Assembly (NCBI GenBank): GCA_030295235.1
Contig: AP026125.1
Location: 1 to 64,000 of the forward strand
Direction: 5' to 3'
From: Fistulifera solaris
Taxonomy: Eukaryota
DNA length: 64,000 nucleotides
In this document: in pieces, positions 35,448-49,692 of the stretch
Numbering within the stretch: position 1 is the stretch's first letter
How the letters are laid out: each line of letters opens with the position of its first letter
Notes under the pieces: model-generated
What the model was told of the DNA's origin: nothing
Seen by the model: the letters and a program-made list of their open reading frames with translations, nothing else
Database searches by the model: none
Translations under genes and position numbers: made by a program

Positions 35448-35975
35448 TTACCCGGGCAGTGCCAATCTTAGTCCGGCACCCGGAGGAATTTGCCATCCGT
35501 GCGCGGTAAAAACAATATGAATGTCCTCTTCAATACGATCGGCGTCATCACGCACAGCTGTGAAGAGCTGTTCTCGCTCCTCCTCCATCTGAATTTGAGC
35601 ATCTTGTAACTCCTGGTTTAAACCTTCAGTAGCATCGGCGTTCTTTTGATCAATGTCCCTCCTCCGCTGATATGCCTCCCCATCTGTAATCTTGCCGCTT
35701 TCCAGATCAGTCTGGACCATGCGAAGCTCTTCAGTCTTCATTACTTGTATTTCTATAACTTTTTCCATAAACGAGTCAATGATAGCTTCTGATTTTTCTT
35801 CAAAGTCTGCGAGCAAGCGCTGACCGTTCGCCTCCGATGCCTCCAAAAGAAACAGAACAGCCCTTCGCAGCGCATCCACGTCATCGCTACTCAATTCGAA
35901 ATTCTGATCGTTGTCACCATCCTGATAGATACCGTAAAAGGCAGGTGGAACCTGGCGTAGGCGTAGGGCGTTCAT
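35448..35975 (-). CDS. VPPxFYGIY family copy 5
   Basis: MNALRLRQVPPAFYGIYQDGDND...IEEDIHIVFTAHGW, 175 aa; closest to copy 1. Confidence 0.8.
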   Translation of the reverse strand: MNALRLRQVPPAFYGIYQDGDNDQNFELSSDDVDALRRAVLFLLEASEANGQRLLADFEEKSEAIIDSFMEKVIEIQVMKTEELRMVQTDLESGKITDGEAYQRRRDIDQKNADATEGLNQELQDAQIQMEEEREQLFTAVRDDADRIEEDIHIVFTAHGWQIPPGAGLRLALPG

Positions 35976-36277
35976 GGTTATGTTCTGTATTACGGAGTAT
36001 ATGCAAAAGAAATGCGATGCCGCATTTGTTCCTTCTTTTGTTGAACTACCAGATTTTCTGGGGATGGTCCGGAATGTAAATCTGTAGATATGTTCCAAAA
36101 ATTCTGGAATAAGTGATTGTTGAACCACGCAGAAATTCTGCTTAAGTTTTCGATTTACTGGTGGTAGCAAAAAAATCTGTCTGTCTGTCCGCGCTACGAA
36201 ATGCGATTGAGCAGCAATGTATGAGTTTTCGATAACACAACACTCTTTCCAGTATTCATTCTATTTTATCTTCCACA

Positions 36278-37463
36278 ATGCCATCCACACAAGAATTATT
36301 CGGAGATGATTCTTCGGAAGCTTCGGCAGTAGAAGAAACGACGAAAGCCACAGCCGAGCGCGCGGACGACGAGGAGAAGAACGACGACGACAAAGAGGAC
36401 GAGGACACGCCTCCTCCCTCGCCCCGCTCCGGAGAATACTATTACGTACAACGACGAGGAATCGTGGTCGATTCCTTCCTTCTCAGCACCTTCTAGCAAT
36501 CAACAGCCCTTTGTTTTGAAATTACCCAACTTTATGGGCATACAAACGCAACCGTTTTCGGCCGAAGAGTACGATCCGGCTCAAGAAGAAGAATATTTTG
36601 GCCCGCAATCGGTCTGGAATTTAGTCCGCTATCGTTATACGGACGACGGGAAGCGAGAAAGCAATACACGATTGGTGGAATGGGAAGATGGTTCGTATAC
36701 ATTGCACGTGGGTACCGAAGCCTTCACGGTCGATCTCATGGATCATGCGGTGCTACAGAATACGAAGAACGAAGGATTTCCCGGCTTGAATGGGTATTTG
36801 TATGTTTCGCACAAGGCATCGATGGGCAACAACAACGCTACAACTACAACACTGGAATGCGTTCATCCATTAAAAGCCCGCGGTACACTCAAACCAACGT
36901 CCTTGCAATCGGCAGCGCACAAAGCCTTGACGGTGTCGATTCGTCAGCAAATGATCAACAAACGGGCCAAAATTGCCAATTACCAAACCACACAAGATCC
37001 CGAAAAGTTGAAACAAGAACGCATCAAGGTCAAGCAAGATTTGGAAAAGGCCGCCTTGGCGAAGGGAGAACGACGCGTCGTCAGCGGAGGAGCCCGTCGT
37101 CCGCGGCGCTCAAGGGCGTACTTGGAAGAGGAAGACGATGATGAAGATTACGATACCACCAACATCAAGGCCATGAAACGTCGCACCTACAATGACGATG
37201 ATGATGGTGAAGACGATGATTTCGGGAATGATGATGAGGACGACGATGACGATGAAGAAGATGAGACCTTTCATCGAGTTCGTCCTAAAAAGCAAGTTCG
37301 GCAGGAGTCGAAGCAAGACAATAAGAAGGGGCTTTCGGATGATGATGATGATGACGACGACGGCGATGCAGAAGAAGATGATGATGATGTTGTACGACCG
37401 GTGAAGACCAACCACAAACGAAATGCGCAGGCTTTGTTTGATGATGACAGTGATAGTGAATAA
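36278..37463 (+). CDS. LEO1: PAF1 complex subunit Leo1 (frameshift ~36500)
   Basis: KLPNFMGIQTQPF, ESNTRLVEWEDGSYTLHVG, LKPTSLQSAAHKAL, acidic tail. Confidence 0.88.
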
Positions 37464-37673
37464 GGATTTACCGTACAAGTACAAGGATGCACCTTAGGGT
37501 GGGTTACAACGAAATTTCAAATAATATATAAAAACAATCACTAACAGCTAAGACGCTTGAAGATTTTTTTCGTATTCTTTGTGATGAATCCCTAAAATGT
37601 ACTTATAAAGTCTCCGTTCGTTTCGGAGTATCAAATATGCAAATGACTTCTTTAGAGAAAACAGTAACGCCAA

Positions 37674-39264
37674 TCATGTGTTTTCACTACCAATGGAAAC
37701 GGCACGATACGTTCTCGAGCGCTCTGCTTGCGCCGACGATGAAATTGCGTCAATCGCCTCTTCCTCCATTCCGTCGTCGTCCTCGCTGTCGTCCTCATCT
37801 TCTTCATCACCATCTTCTTCGTCTTCTTCGTCTTCGGCCATCGTTTCGTCCACAACTTCGTCGAGATCATCGTCCAGTTCTCGTAACATGATCCGACGTG
37901 TCGACGACGATCCCACTACTTGCTGCATATACTGTGCCATCCGACGGTGCAAATCTCGTTCCTCTTGTGCCAAACGCAGCTGATCTTCCAAATCCCGCTT
38001 GGCTTGTTCGGTTTGTCGAAGCGTTGCTTCTAGCTGCCGGAGTCGAATCCGCAACTGATCTTCATCCGATAAAGGCAAATCAAACCAATCTCGGTGTGTA
38101 TACGAAAGGACTTCTAGCCACAAGGCGCGGGGCAACAACGCTGGTGCGTCAACATGTCGGGAGGGATCCGCATTGGCACACAGCAACACCGTGCGACACG
38201 CGGTTCGAAATGTCTCGGAATAATAGGAATGCAATGCCGGTTCCCAAATGCGATGGGGAATGATCAAGGGCGCACTTGACTTGCTGTCAATCATGCCGGT
38301 AAAGCGCACACCGGAAATCACTTCCGTCACAAAATCACGGTGATGAAGCAAAGGAGGACGGAGACGAAAGGTGTTGGCAGAGATATCCATTGTAAGTGCT
38401 TCGGAGCGAGACAAACGAGTGACTTTCACGAGCTCATCGCCGACTAAAGTTAAGACAAGGCAAAGGGCGTGTGTGAGTGACGAACAACTTCAATAGAGTC
38501 CGTTTTGCCCCGCCATCCAGTGGACTTACCCGGACAAACGAGAACGCCGTTGGGCCGCAATAAATTCGCAATGGGTTGCAAAGCCTCCAATTCCAATGCA
38601 GCACCCACGTAGATGCGATCAAAGCCCATACACGCTTCTCCTTCACTCGGATGCAGCATTAATCCATTGCCTTGTAGAAACACCATCTTCGGAGGATGCC
38701 GGGTCTGCCTCGATGCGTGTTGCCATTGTTGCACGGCGTGTTGCCCATGGCGAAAGGGTTCATCTTGTAGTTCCACATTGTACGCGATCGTCTGCGGTCC
38801 CATGACCTGTGTGACCAAACACGTCAAATACCCAGTTCCGGAACCCAGATTCAAAAAAGTCGACCCGGCTTCGGTGGATGGCAAATCCAAAGCTTCCAAA
38901 ATGGTACCATAAATGTGCGGCGCCGAAATATGAATATTCCCTTCCCGAATGGGTTGATCGGTATACGCCAAATGACTTTGTTTCTGCATGAAAAGGAAGA
39001 GGGTGAGTGCTTTCTCAAGAGAGAACATTAAATAGAACATCCTCCATACACAACGTACCGTCGGCACAAAGAATTTGCGATCAACCGCACGAAAGGCCGC
39101 TTCAATTTGTGGTGTGCGAATGACACCAAAGCCTACGAGAAGCACAAGATTGGTGAGTACAAACCGGCAGAAAAGCAATTGTTTTGTTAGAAAACGAACG
39201 AACACGTACGCTTCAAATTGTTTACTAGTTCATCGTTGGTTCGACCACTGCTTCGCCACGCCAT
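37674..39264 (-). CDS. Protein-L-isoaspartate O-methyltransferase domain protein with C-terminal extension (about 3 introns)
   Basis: MAWRSSGRTNDELVNNLK, AFRAVDRKFFVP, HISAPHIY, FLNLGSGTGYL, FDRIYVGAA. Confidence 0.88.
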
Positions 39265-39848
39265 CGTTGCGCTAACTTCTGTACAACCAAATGAGTTTGT
39301 TGAAGAAGAAGACAGAATCTCCTAAAAGGATGGAAGGAATAATCTAGTCTCTTGGATCGAAACGAACGAAGTATGTGTTGCCACAGAACAAAAATATCAT
39401 CGAAACGAATTTCGAGATTTTTTGGAGAAAGGATGAGACCCACGCTCGCCGTAGAAAGAGTACGAAGATCAACGGTACGAATCTTGTACTCTGCAACAGA
39501 GTGTGGTGTCAAAAGGCACTCGGGACTCCCTTGTCCAGTCCTGCTTCAAGCCTCATGGATCCTTCGTGACTAACGAAGAGAGGAGTCACGGTCAAAACGG
39601 ACAACAGTTTGGTCCTACAGTAAAAGGGGACCGCCAAAAAGTCATTTCGCGGACTTTTTCCGACATTCAACTATAACAAAAAAAATGAGCCCAACACGAA
39701 AGAATAAAGGAACATTGACAACAACAAACAACAACATAACAAAGGCAAAACCGTTTCAAATATCTTTCCTTTTCCTTTACTTTACTTCACTTCATCATTT
39801 CTCATTACTTCCTTTTGACTTTCTATAAACGACACAACTCTTTGAAAG

Positions 39849-41090
39849 ATGAACGGACCCGATTTGATTGCACGTTTACAAGCCAACGATGCGACGTTGA
39901 TTCGTCTCGATATCACCGCTCCTCTGTTGCAATCGCTTTCCTACTCGCAAATACAAACCTTTTTGGCGACGTTTCCGTGTGTTCCTTCCATTCGATCCGT
40001 TCATTTGAGTGGCTTGGATCTCGACACGGTCTTGTCGGCCACGCAAATTCAAGAATTGTTGTTGGGCATTGCCTCGATGCAGCATATGCAAGATTTGTGT
40101 ATCTTTCGCGGTGGCAGTACTACGCTCAATGAAGAAGCCGTCGCACAATTGTTGCAACACAACAATGATGGTCAATTGACGACGTTATTGTTGTTTCAAT
40201 TTGCGTCCTTGCACGAATGTCCCAACTTGGCGGGGGCCCTTCGACAACATGCGTCCTTGCAACGCGTCACCCTCACGTTGCCGACATTGTTGCCGTACGC
40301 GGCGCTGGATTTGTATACCATGTGTTTTGCCGTCATGCCTCGACTCCAAGTCTTGCAAATTCGCTGTCCCGGTGGAACCACGCAAGAAGAACCGCTCGTG
40401 TCACCGGAAGGCTTTCGCGTCTTGATTTCGTCTCCCACCATTACCAGTCTTTATTTGGAAAATTGTGGTTTGTTGGATGATCATATGGATGTATTGGAAG
40501 AAGAATTGAAACACAACAATCGTACATTGCAATTGTTGGATTTGAAGGACAATACACAACTTTCCGACGATGTCTTGTACAGTATGGGACGCGTCTTACC
40601 ACACAACAACACCTTGGTGTCGTTGGATTTGTCGGGCGTGTACATTTCGCCCGGGGGAGGGCAAGCCTTGGCGAAGGGCATGGCCCAAAATACCACCTTG
40701 ACGCATTTGGAATTGGAAGGGACCGAAGAACGCTATCGCAATGAATTCAATATTCAGTTGCAACATGATCAAGAAGAATGGATGAAACAAATTTATTATT
40801 ATTTGCGCTTGAATCGCGCTCGTGCGGCGGTCGACGAAAACGAGAAACAGTCAATCAATAAACGAGCTTGGGTGGAACAATTGAATCGCGTCAGCGATCA
40901 CTTGGATTGTTTGTACTATTTCATTCGTCAAGAATCGCGCTTTGTGCAAGGGTTCGAATCATCGTCGGACCCGAGTTATTTGAACTATTATCTCGATCAT
41001 TGTCAAAGTGTGAAAGACGATGAACATCGGCAACGACAATTGGAGGCGAATCCTGGAGCCCAAATGATTATGCAGTATTTGGGACAGTAA
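39849..41090 (+). CDS. RNI-like leucine-rich repeat protein
   Basis: 413-aa ORF with NxTLxxLDL repeats and a YYLRLNR cap. Confidence 0.85.
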   Translation: MNGPDLIARLQANDATLIRLDITAPLLQSLSYSQIQTFLATFPCVPSIRSVHLSGLDLDTVLSATQIQELLLGIASMQHMQDLCIFRGGSTTLNEEAVAQLLQHNNDGQLTTLLLFQFASLHECPNLAGALRQHASLQRVTLTLPTLLPYAALDLYTMCFAVMPRLQVLQIRCPGGTTQEEPLVSPEGFRVLISSPTITSLYLENCGLLDDHMDVLEEELKHNNRTLQLLDLKDNTQLSDDVLYSMGRVLPHNNTLVSLDLSGVYISPGGGQALAKGMAQNTTLTHLELEGTEERYRNEFNIQLQHDQEEWMKQIYYYLRLNRARAAVDENEKQSINKRAWVEQLNRVSDHLDCLYYFIRQESRFVQGFESSSDPSYLNYYLDHCQSVKDDEHRQRQLEANPGAQMIMQYLGQ

Positions 41091-41292
41091 ACTGATAGGG
41101 CGAGTGACGAGCGCAAGATGTGCATCGGTAACCGGAGAGAGTGATACGCCAAGAGATTATGCCTCAAGCCAAAGATGCAATCATTCAATCCCTACACTAG
41201 ATAAAGTTATGTAATTCTCTATAATTCATGCAAAGATCAAAGTTTCGATCCCTCTCTTTTGTTAAGACGTTCCATTCCCGCTCAACGCACGA

Positions 41293-44108
41293 TTAGTTTG
41301 AATTATTGGTATACAAATCGGCGTGGCTTTTGGACCGTTTCCGTTGATGATGACCTCCTACGATTTTTCCGACCGTTCCGTTCGGGCTACTACTACTGCT
41401 GGTGTCATCGCCCATGTGCGGATTGCTGGTGGTTCGGGCCAGATTATCAAAGGAAGGATTCTGACGGTAATAGAAACTAGCCATGGTCGAAGTCTTGATA
41501 TATTCTCCCGCTGGTTTGTTGAAATTGCCTTCGCTGCCCGATCGCATACGTTCCTTACTCTTACGCTTCGGCATGCCCATCGTTTCTTCGTTGCTGCCTC
41601 CGTCCTCGCCCGATTGTTGTTGCTTAAGTATATTTTCTTCCGTTTCTTCGTAAAACAAACCGGAACCATCCGACAAGGTACGATGCAAATTTCCGCTGGA
41701 ACGATTTCCACGCAATCCCATACCGCCCCAGCCTGTTCCAATATCAATGTTATTGACGATTTGATCGGGTGTAGTAGATCGTTCATCACCGCCATTGCTG
41801 TGGTGATTTTTCGGATTGGAACGTGATGGCCGTATTGTTTCAATAGCTTGTTGATCCGAGACATTCAAACCACCCAAATTCAAAAGACTGGGACTATTGA
41901 AGAACGACGGAACGCGCTCCGTGAGCGTAGAGCGCTGAGCATGTTCTTCTTGTCGTTTCTCCCAGGATTCCTTTAACATGCGTTTGCGAAGACGTTGGAC
42001 GCATCGATCCAGTGTAACTTCTTCACTGATATGACTCTTGATAGCTGGAATATGTTTCCATGTTTCTCTCGCGAACGAAAACGAAGCACTCATTGAGATG
42101 ATGCCACTATCACAGCCAACGAAATACACAACGCACCGCAACAACAACAAAACGTACCGCGCCGAAGCTTGAATCCATTCCCGAAATTCCGCTTCACACG
42201 GATTGTAGATAATGTGCAGAATGGCACTCAACAGACTTCGATGTCCCAACCAGGGAATTAAGGAAATATCAATCGACCGGCCTTCGTATTCTTGCGTAAA
42301 GAAACTGGCACCAATCCCACGCGATGTTTCAAACAACGGAGCAATGCGTCGGGCACCGACGCAGTCCACCAAATGCAGCAACCACGACCGGACTTGATCG
42401 CGTAAAAACCGCAAGATTGATTCCAAAACTCCCACTAGAGGATTCGTCCAAACGCCAGCCTTGTGATTGTACGACGCAAACATGACCGCATGTGGATTGG
42501 CTTGACTAATAATAAAATGATTGACATTGAACATTTCCGACAATTGTTGTGTCGGCAAATCCTGTTCCATGGAACCATCCGAAAAGGCCTGTTGTCCACC
42601 ACTTTCGTACCGTTCCCACCCATCGGCTTCCTTCACGACCAGTCGATTGGCTTCAAAGACACCGGGCAACGAACTGCTGGCCACGGCAGCACTCCAGACC
42701 ATAACATGCGGTGCCGTCAAGTAATTGAGCAAACGCGGCGGGTCACTGCTATTCATGGGTGTCACGACAATGTTCAAAATACGTCCCGTCCGATCAAAGG
42801 CTTCTTGAAAGGTAAAATTTCCCACATTGGCGCGGACGCATTCGCGAAAATAATCGGTATCATTCTTAAAGACATCCGACGCTCGTCGACTGCCCGATAA
42901 GACGTCATACAAGAACGCTGTCATGCGTCGCAATGTCAATGGCATGAATCCAATCAATGTCAATTTCATATCATGAAAGGCACCGGCCGTGTTGTAATAG
43001 AAATCCAACCACGAGGCTGTGTTGTTGTGCTTGGAAGTCGTGACGGTACTGGAATGGTCTTTTTTTCTTCTTCTTTTTCTGAGTGGTGGTAGTTTCTTCC
43101 AATCGATTCGTGTAGGGCCGAAAGAAACTCAATTCCAGTTTCCCCGAATGTCCCGGTGCCACCGTCCCTTTGACTTGAAACAAATCATTCGTACATTCGT
43201 CATCGGTCCGTGTCCCGATCATGGCACACACAATGGAACCAGCGGACGATCCTCCAATGACCCGGGGCATGAGACGATTTTCCATCAAGGTCCGGACCAC
43301 ACCGACGTGATAAAATCCCAAGGCGGCTCCGCCACTCAACAAGAGCGCCGTCCGACCGTACGAATGTCGTGTTTCATTGAAAAAGGCCAATCGTGCTTCA
43401 GTGGGAATCGGATCTTGATCATGTAACACTTGGGCATCACAGACAAAATCCAAGGCGGCACAAATGACATTGTGATAGGTTTCTACCAAGACTTTGGTAC
43501 CGGCCCGGGCCTTGGTAAACAATCCTTCATGAAGGAGTCCAAATTTATTGCGTCCAATACTTCCCCGCAACACAAACATGAGTTCAAAAATATCGTGTCG
43601 TCTCATGAGATGCACAAATTCATCAATCCGGGCACTGATGCGTTCTCGTTCGTAGAGTTGACAGTTTGGATCGGACCGCCACACATCATTGCCTTGTATT
43701 TGATCCATCCGTTCCGCCAATTCCATCCATTCATCTTGTGTAGTAACAGTAAGTTGTTGTTGTTGTAATTTGCGCAACAATCGTTTCCGTGTACTGACAT
43801 GACTACTGAGCCACGAAAGTAGATGAGTGAATTGTTGAATCGACAATAATCCGGTTTCCAAGGCTAAAACCAAGACGAGTTGTTTCGCTACCACTTTGGG
43901 TGCGAGTATGGTATCTATGAGATCATTCGCGATTTTTTTGCAATACGGGCATTTGTTGCATTAACACGCGAATGGCTCTTTGAAGATAGTAGAGAGAGAA
44001 AAAGAGAAGATGAGCATAGAAACGATGAAAGAGTTGAGCAATCGATCCTTACTACAAGAAACGACGTGTCAAGCACGCTTTGTTTGTAATATTTACTTAC
44101 TCATCCAT
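41293..44108 (-). CDS. Patatin-like triacylglycerol lipase (SDP1/TGL4 type); start approximate, introns and frameshifts
   Basis: ALLLSGGAALGFYHVG, GSSAG, TFQEAFDRTGRILNI, LLNYLTAPHV, DGS, FNVNHFIISQANPH. Confidence 0.92.
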
Positions 44109-44730
44109 CAAAGTTTGTGCCCATTCTGTGGGAAAATCGAATTTCGGATTGTTGTTGTTTGACATTCGGAAGCTTTATATTCTATTGTATCGATCGATCG
44201 AGACGCCAAAAAAAGACTGCCGATGTTCGGAAACGAAAAATCAACACTTGAGCTCCGTATTGCTTCCCTTCTTTCCTCTCACTCTTCCTCTTCGTTCCCC
44301 TCTCACACACAAGCTCTCTCCCTCACTCTAAGCCGAAGCTTTACTGTATTCCTCTTTGTTCCTTTCGCTTACAATATTTTAACGATCCTTCCGGTGTATG
44401 TGACACCCTTTTTCGGGTGTGTGAAAGCGAAAGCGGAAAGGATGATGCCCACGTTTCTTGTTTAATTGTGAGTAGCGGTACGACAAATTGTCATCTCCGT
44501 CTGTTCGTCGTACGAAACGTTTGTCCGTCGTAAGTACTTAAATTGAAACGAACGTCTGTCCTTCCCCACCAAAGTTCGGACGTGTTGCGTTTTCGGACCG
44601 CATCGTCATCGAGAACGAAAAAAAAAAAAAAACACGAAAGGATGCGATGAAGAAAGCGTTGCTATTGTTGTTGTTGTTGTTGTAATCGACTTGATTTTTT
44701 CTTCTCTACTATATTCAACAACAATCAACA

Positions 44731-46945
<2,215 letters not shown>

Positions 46946-47042
46946 TGGTGAGGATGGATTCGTAGTAACGATTTTATTAGAGCGAAAAAAGAGCGACACA
47001 TTTGCATTTACGTGAATAGAATAAGTATACGTTCATCGTGTT

Positions 47043-47594
47043 TTACAAAACAATACAACATCCATCATCCGAGGGTGCCAATTGACCATTAATACCCATC
47101 AATTTGACTTCAAAGACCAAATCCGCATTCGGTGGAATGACACCATTCCCCGCGCCTTCTTCGCCGTACCCAAAATCACTGGTAATATCCAACACCGCCT
47201 TTTCTCCCAAACTCATCAACAAGACACCGTCATCCCAACCACGGATGACTTGTCCTAATCCAATTTTGAACGAAAAAGGTTGTCCTCGATCGTACGAACT
47301 ATCAAATTGCTTGCCGTTCGATTTCAATGTGCCTCTGCGTGTATGTGTGAGAGAGAAATGCATCCAGAAAACAACCGACGTGACTGCGTTTCCTACGTAC
47401 TTGTAATGCATCATCAGTTTATCGCCCTTTTTCGGAAAGGTTTTCCCATCGCCTGGTTTCAGAGTCGTCTGTTGGGAAAGATCAAACGAGTGAAAGATCG
47501 TTCGATGAGTCAGTTAGTCCACTAAGAAATTGTCGCTTTACAAGCACAACTTTTTCGCTCTACATCGCTATTGACGTACTTTGGTGACACCCAT
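47043..47594 (-). CDS. FKBP12-type PPIase with C-terminal CaaX extension (2 introns)
   Basis: [38 protein letters not shown]; ends DDGCCIVL*. Confidence 0.93.
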
Positions 47595-47984
47595 GGTAGA
47601 TTTACTGCTTTTCTAATTGCCAGCAAACAAAGGAAGGAGACTATAATATAATCTTTGATGTTATTAATCCTGCCAATGGGGTCATTTTCCGGAAAAAAAT
47701 CCGGCGCGGTCTTTTTTCAAATTTCAAAACCGTCTCCTCGTCGGCGTTTCTCGTTTTTCGTTTTATACCTAAGACAACTTTCGGCAATAAGTGCGGTTGC
47801 GACTCGATACCTCTATCCCGTGGTTGCCACAACGACACTCCTTTGCACCCACAAAAATCTATCGCGCGTTTTTTCGTTGCGTTTTATTGTTGTTGTTGCT
47901 CCTCCGAAAAAAGACTTATATTCATTCCATATCCTATTGCGATCATCATTTCCTTTCCTCTGCATTTTTTCTATTCACAACAAT

Positions 47985-48424
47985 ATGGGAGTCACGAAAA
48001 CCACAACCAAACCCGGTGATGGAAAAACATTTCCGAAAACGGGCGATCAATTGACGATGCATTATCAGTACGTAAAGGAAACAGTTATTTCTCCGTCACA
48101 TAGCCACTCTTTCCTCAGTTCATTCCTTCCTCACTCAATTTCATGCATTCTTCCTCAACGCACAGCGGTACATTGGCGAGCAATGGCGCCAAATTCGATG
48201 CCAGTCGGGATCGGGGACGTCCCTTCTCTTTTAAGATTGGCATCGGGCAAGTGATTCGTGGCTGGGACGAAGGGGTCGCGCAAATGAGTTTGGGCGAGCA
48301 TGCTACCCTCAACATTACGAGTGATTATGGATATGGCGCCCGGGGAGCCGGTGGCGTCATTCCTCCGAATGCCGATTTGGTCTTTGACGTTGAATTGTTG
48401 GCCATCAATGGAGTGGAAGCTTGA
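47985..48424 (+). CDS. FKBP12: FKBP12-type PPIase (1 intron)
   Basis: [51 protein letters not shown]. Confidence 0.95.
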
Positions 48425-48611
48425 AGTATCAAAATGACAAGGGTGAGCGAATCGAAATAGTTGCATCTGCCTATGCATCAGCAATTTATTAAATACAAAC
48501 AAGAAGGAGATGTTTCTCTATACAAGAAACTTATAAACGTAATTCATTTCTCTTTGTTATAAGTTCAAATTGTTTCTCATCCGCATCACCATATGCCGGT
48601 CCTTTTCTCTT

Positions 48612-49164
48612 TCAAGATAAGTATTTACGCCCCAGAGCACGTACCCTGGTATCAAATGCTTCACTTAGAATGGGTGTATCGTACGCATAGAAAGGATTCA
48701 TGGAAAACTGAGAATGAATGGTGAGTTTTCTCCCATTATAAGACACAGTGTGGATCGTTCTATTTTCGTACCTTGACATAAAGTTCGTAGACATCTTGAA
48801 AAAATTGTCGAATGGCGTCTTCACTCTTATTTTGATGAACGTTGTGCAATAACATGAGTTTAATATTCCCCGCAGTGAGAAATGTCGATACTTGCTGTTG
48901 ATTGACCTGGAGAAGAAAGGCGAGAAAAATAAGAAAGGAACATTGCATATCTTTTTTTTCGCAACGTACTTTATCCACAATTTTTAGATACATTTGATTT
49001 GAGGCCGATCGTTCGACCAAATCCAAGGCGGAATGCAGTACAAAATACGATTGTCGCGTCGCCGCATCCGATAGGGGTTGCGAGGATGCCTGCAAATCGA
49101 CTTCGAAGAGTGGTTCATTGCTACCGACAATGACGAATAATAATGAAGAAGAAGAAGAAGTCAT
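48612..49164 (-). CDS. TRAPPC2: TRAPP complex subunit 2 (sedlin/Trs20), 2 introns
   Basis: FVLHSALDLVE, MYLKIVDK, FLTAGNIKLMLLH, FFQDVYELYVK, MNPFY. Confidence 0.92.
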
Positions 49165-49692
49165 GAATGAATAGATGAATGATTGTGAGGATGAGAATGG
49201 AATTTAAAAAGATTCTAGTAGAGCGTCCTTTTATGACGGTCGATGGTGAATAAGGCCATGGTGAAATGGATCGCATTCATTTATATCGCGACGATGGCAA
49301 TAAAAAAAGCTTTCGTATCTACTATCATCATCAGTGTAGGTTGAACCCGACTCAGTTCCCATTTAATCCCGGTGCGGTCTGTCCATCGTCTCCTCGGGAT
49401 CCACTGGATATACGAGTCACGAGTATGCAAAAAGACCGCGCTCGATGATGCGATGACACCGGCGTTCGTCCGTTTTGTTATTGCAGTTGAAGAAGAAGAA
49501 AATGTTATTGTGAAGCAAAAGAAGCATCCTTCAATCATTCTTCTTGCTGTTTCTCTCTCTTCTCCTAACTGTTTAATTGATAAACTCGGCGTTTCTTTGA
49601 CCCATTTTGGATACGTCCTTCCAAAGGTCCCTCGCTCGTCACACAACATCATATCGGCATTTCCTCTGTTAGTTGCTTTTTCTGGAAGGAAA

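Noticed and set aside
37110..37983. Antisense and alternate-frame Ser/Ile/Met-rich ORFs
   Set aside because: Shadow frames of the acidic GAT/GAC/GAA-rich tails of Leo1 and the PIMT-like gene
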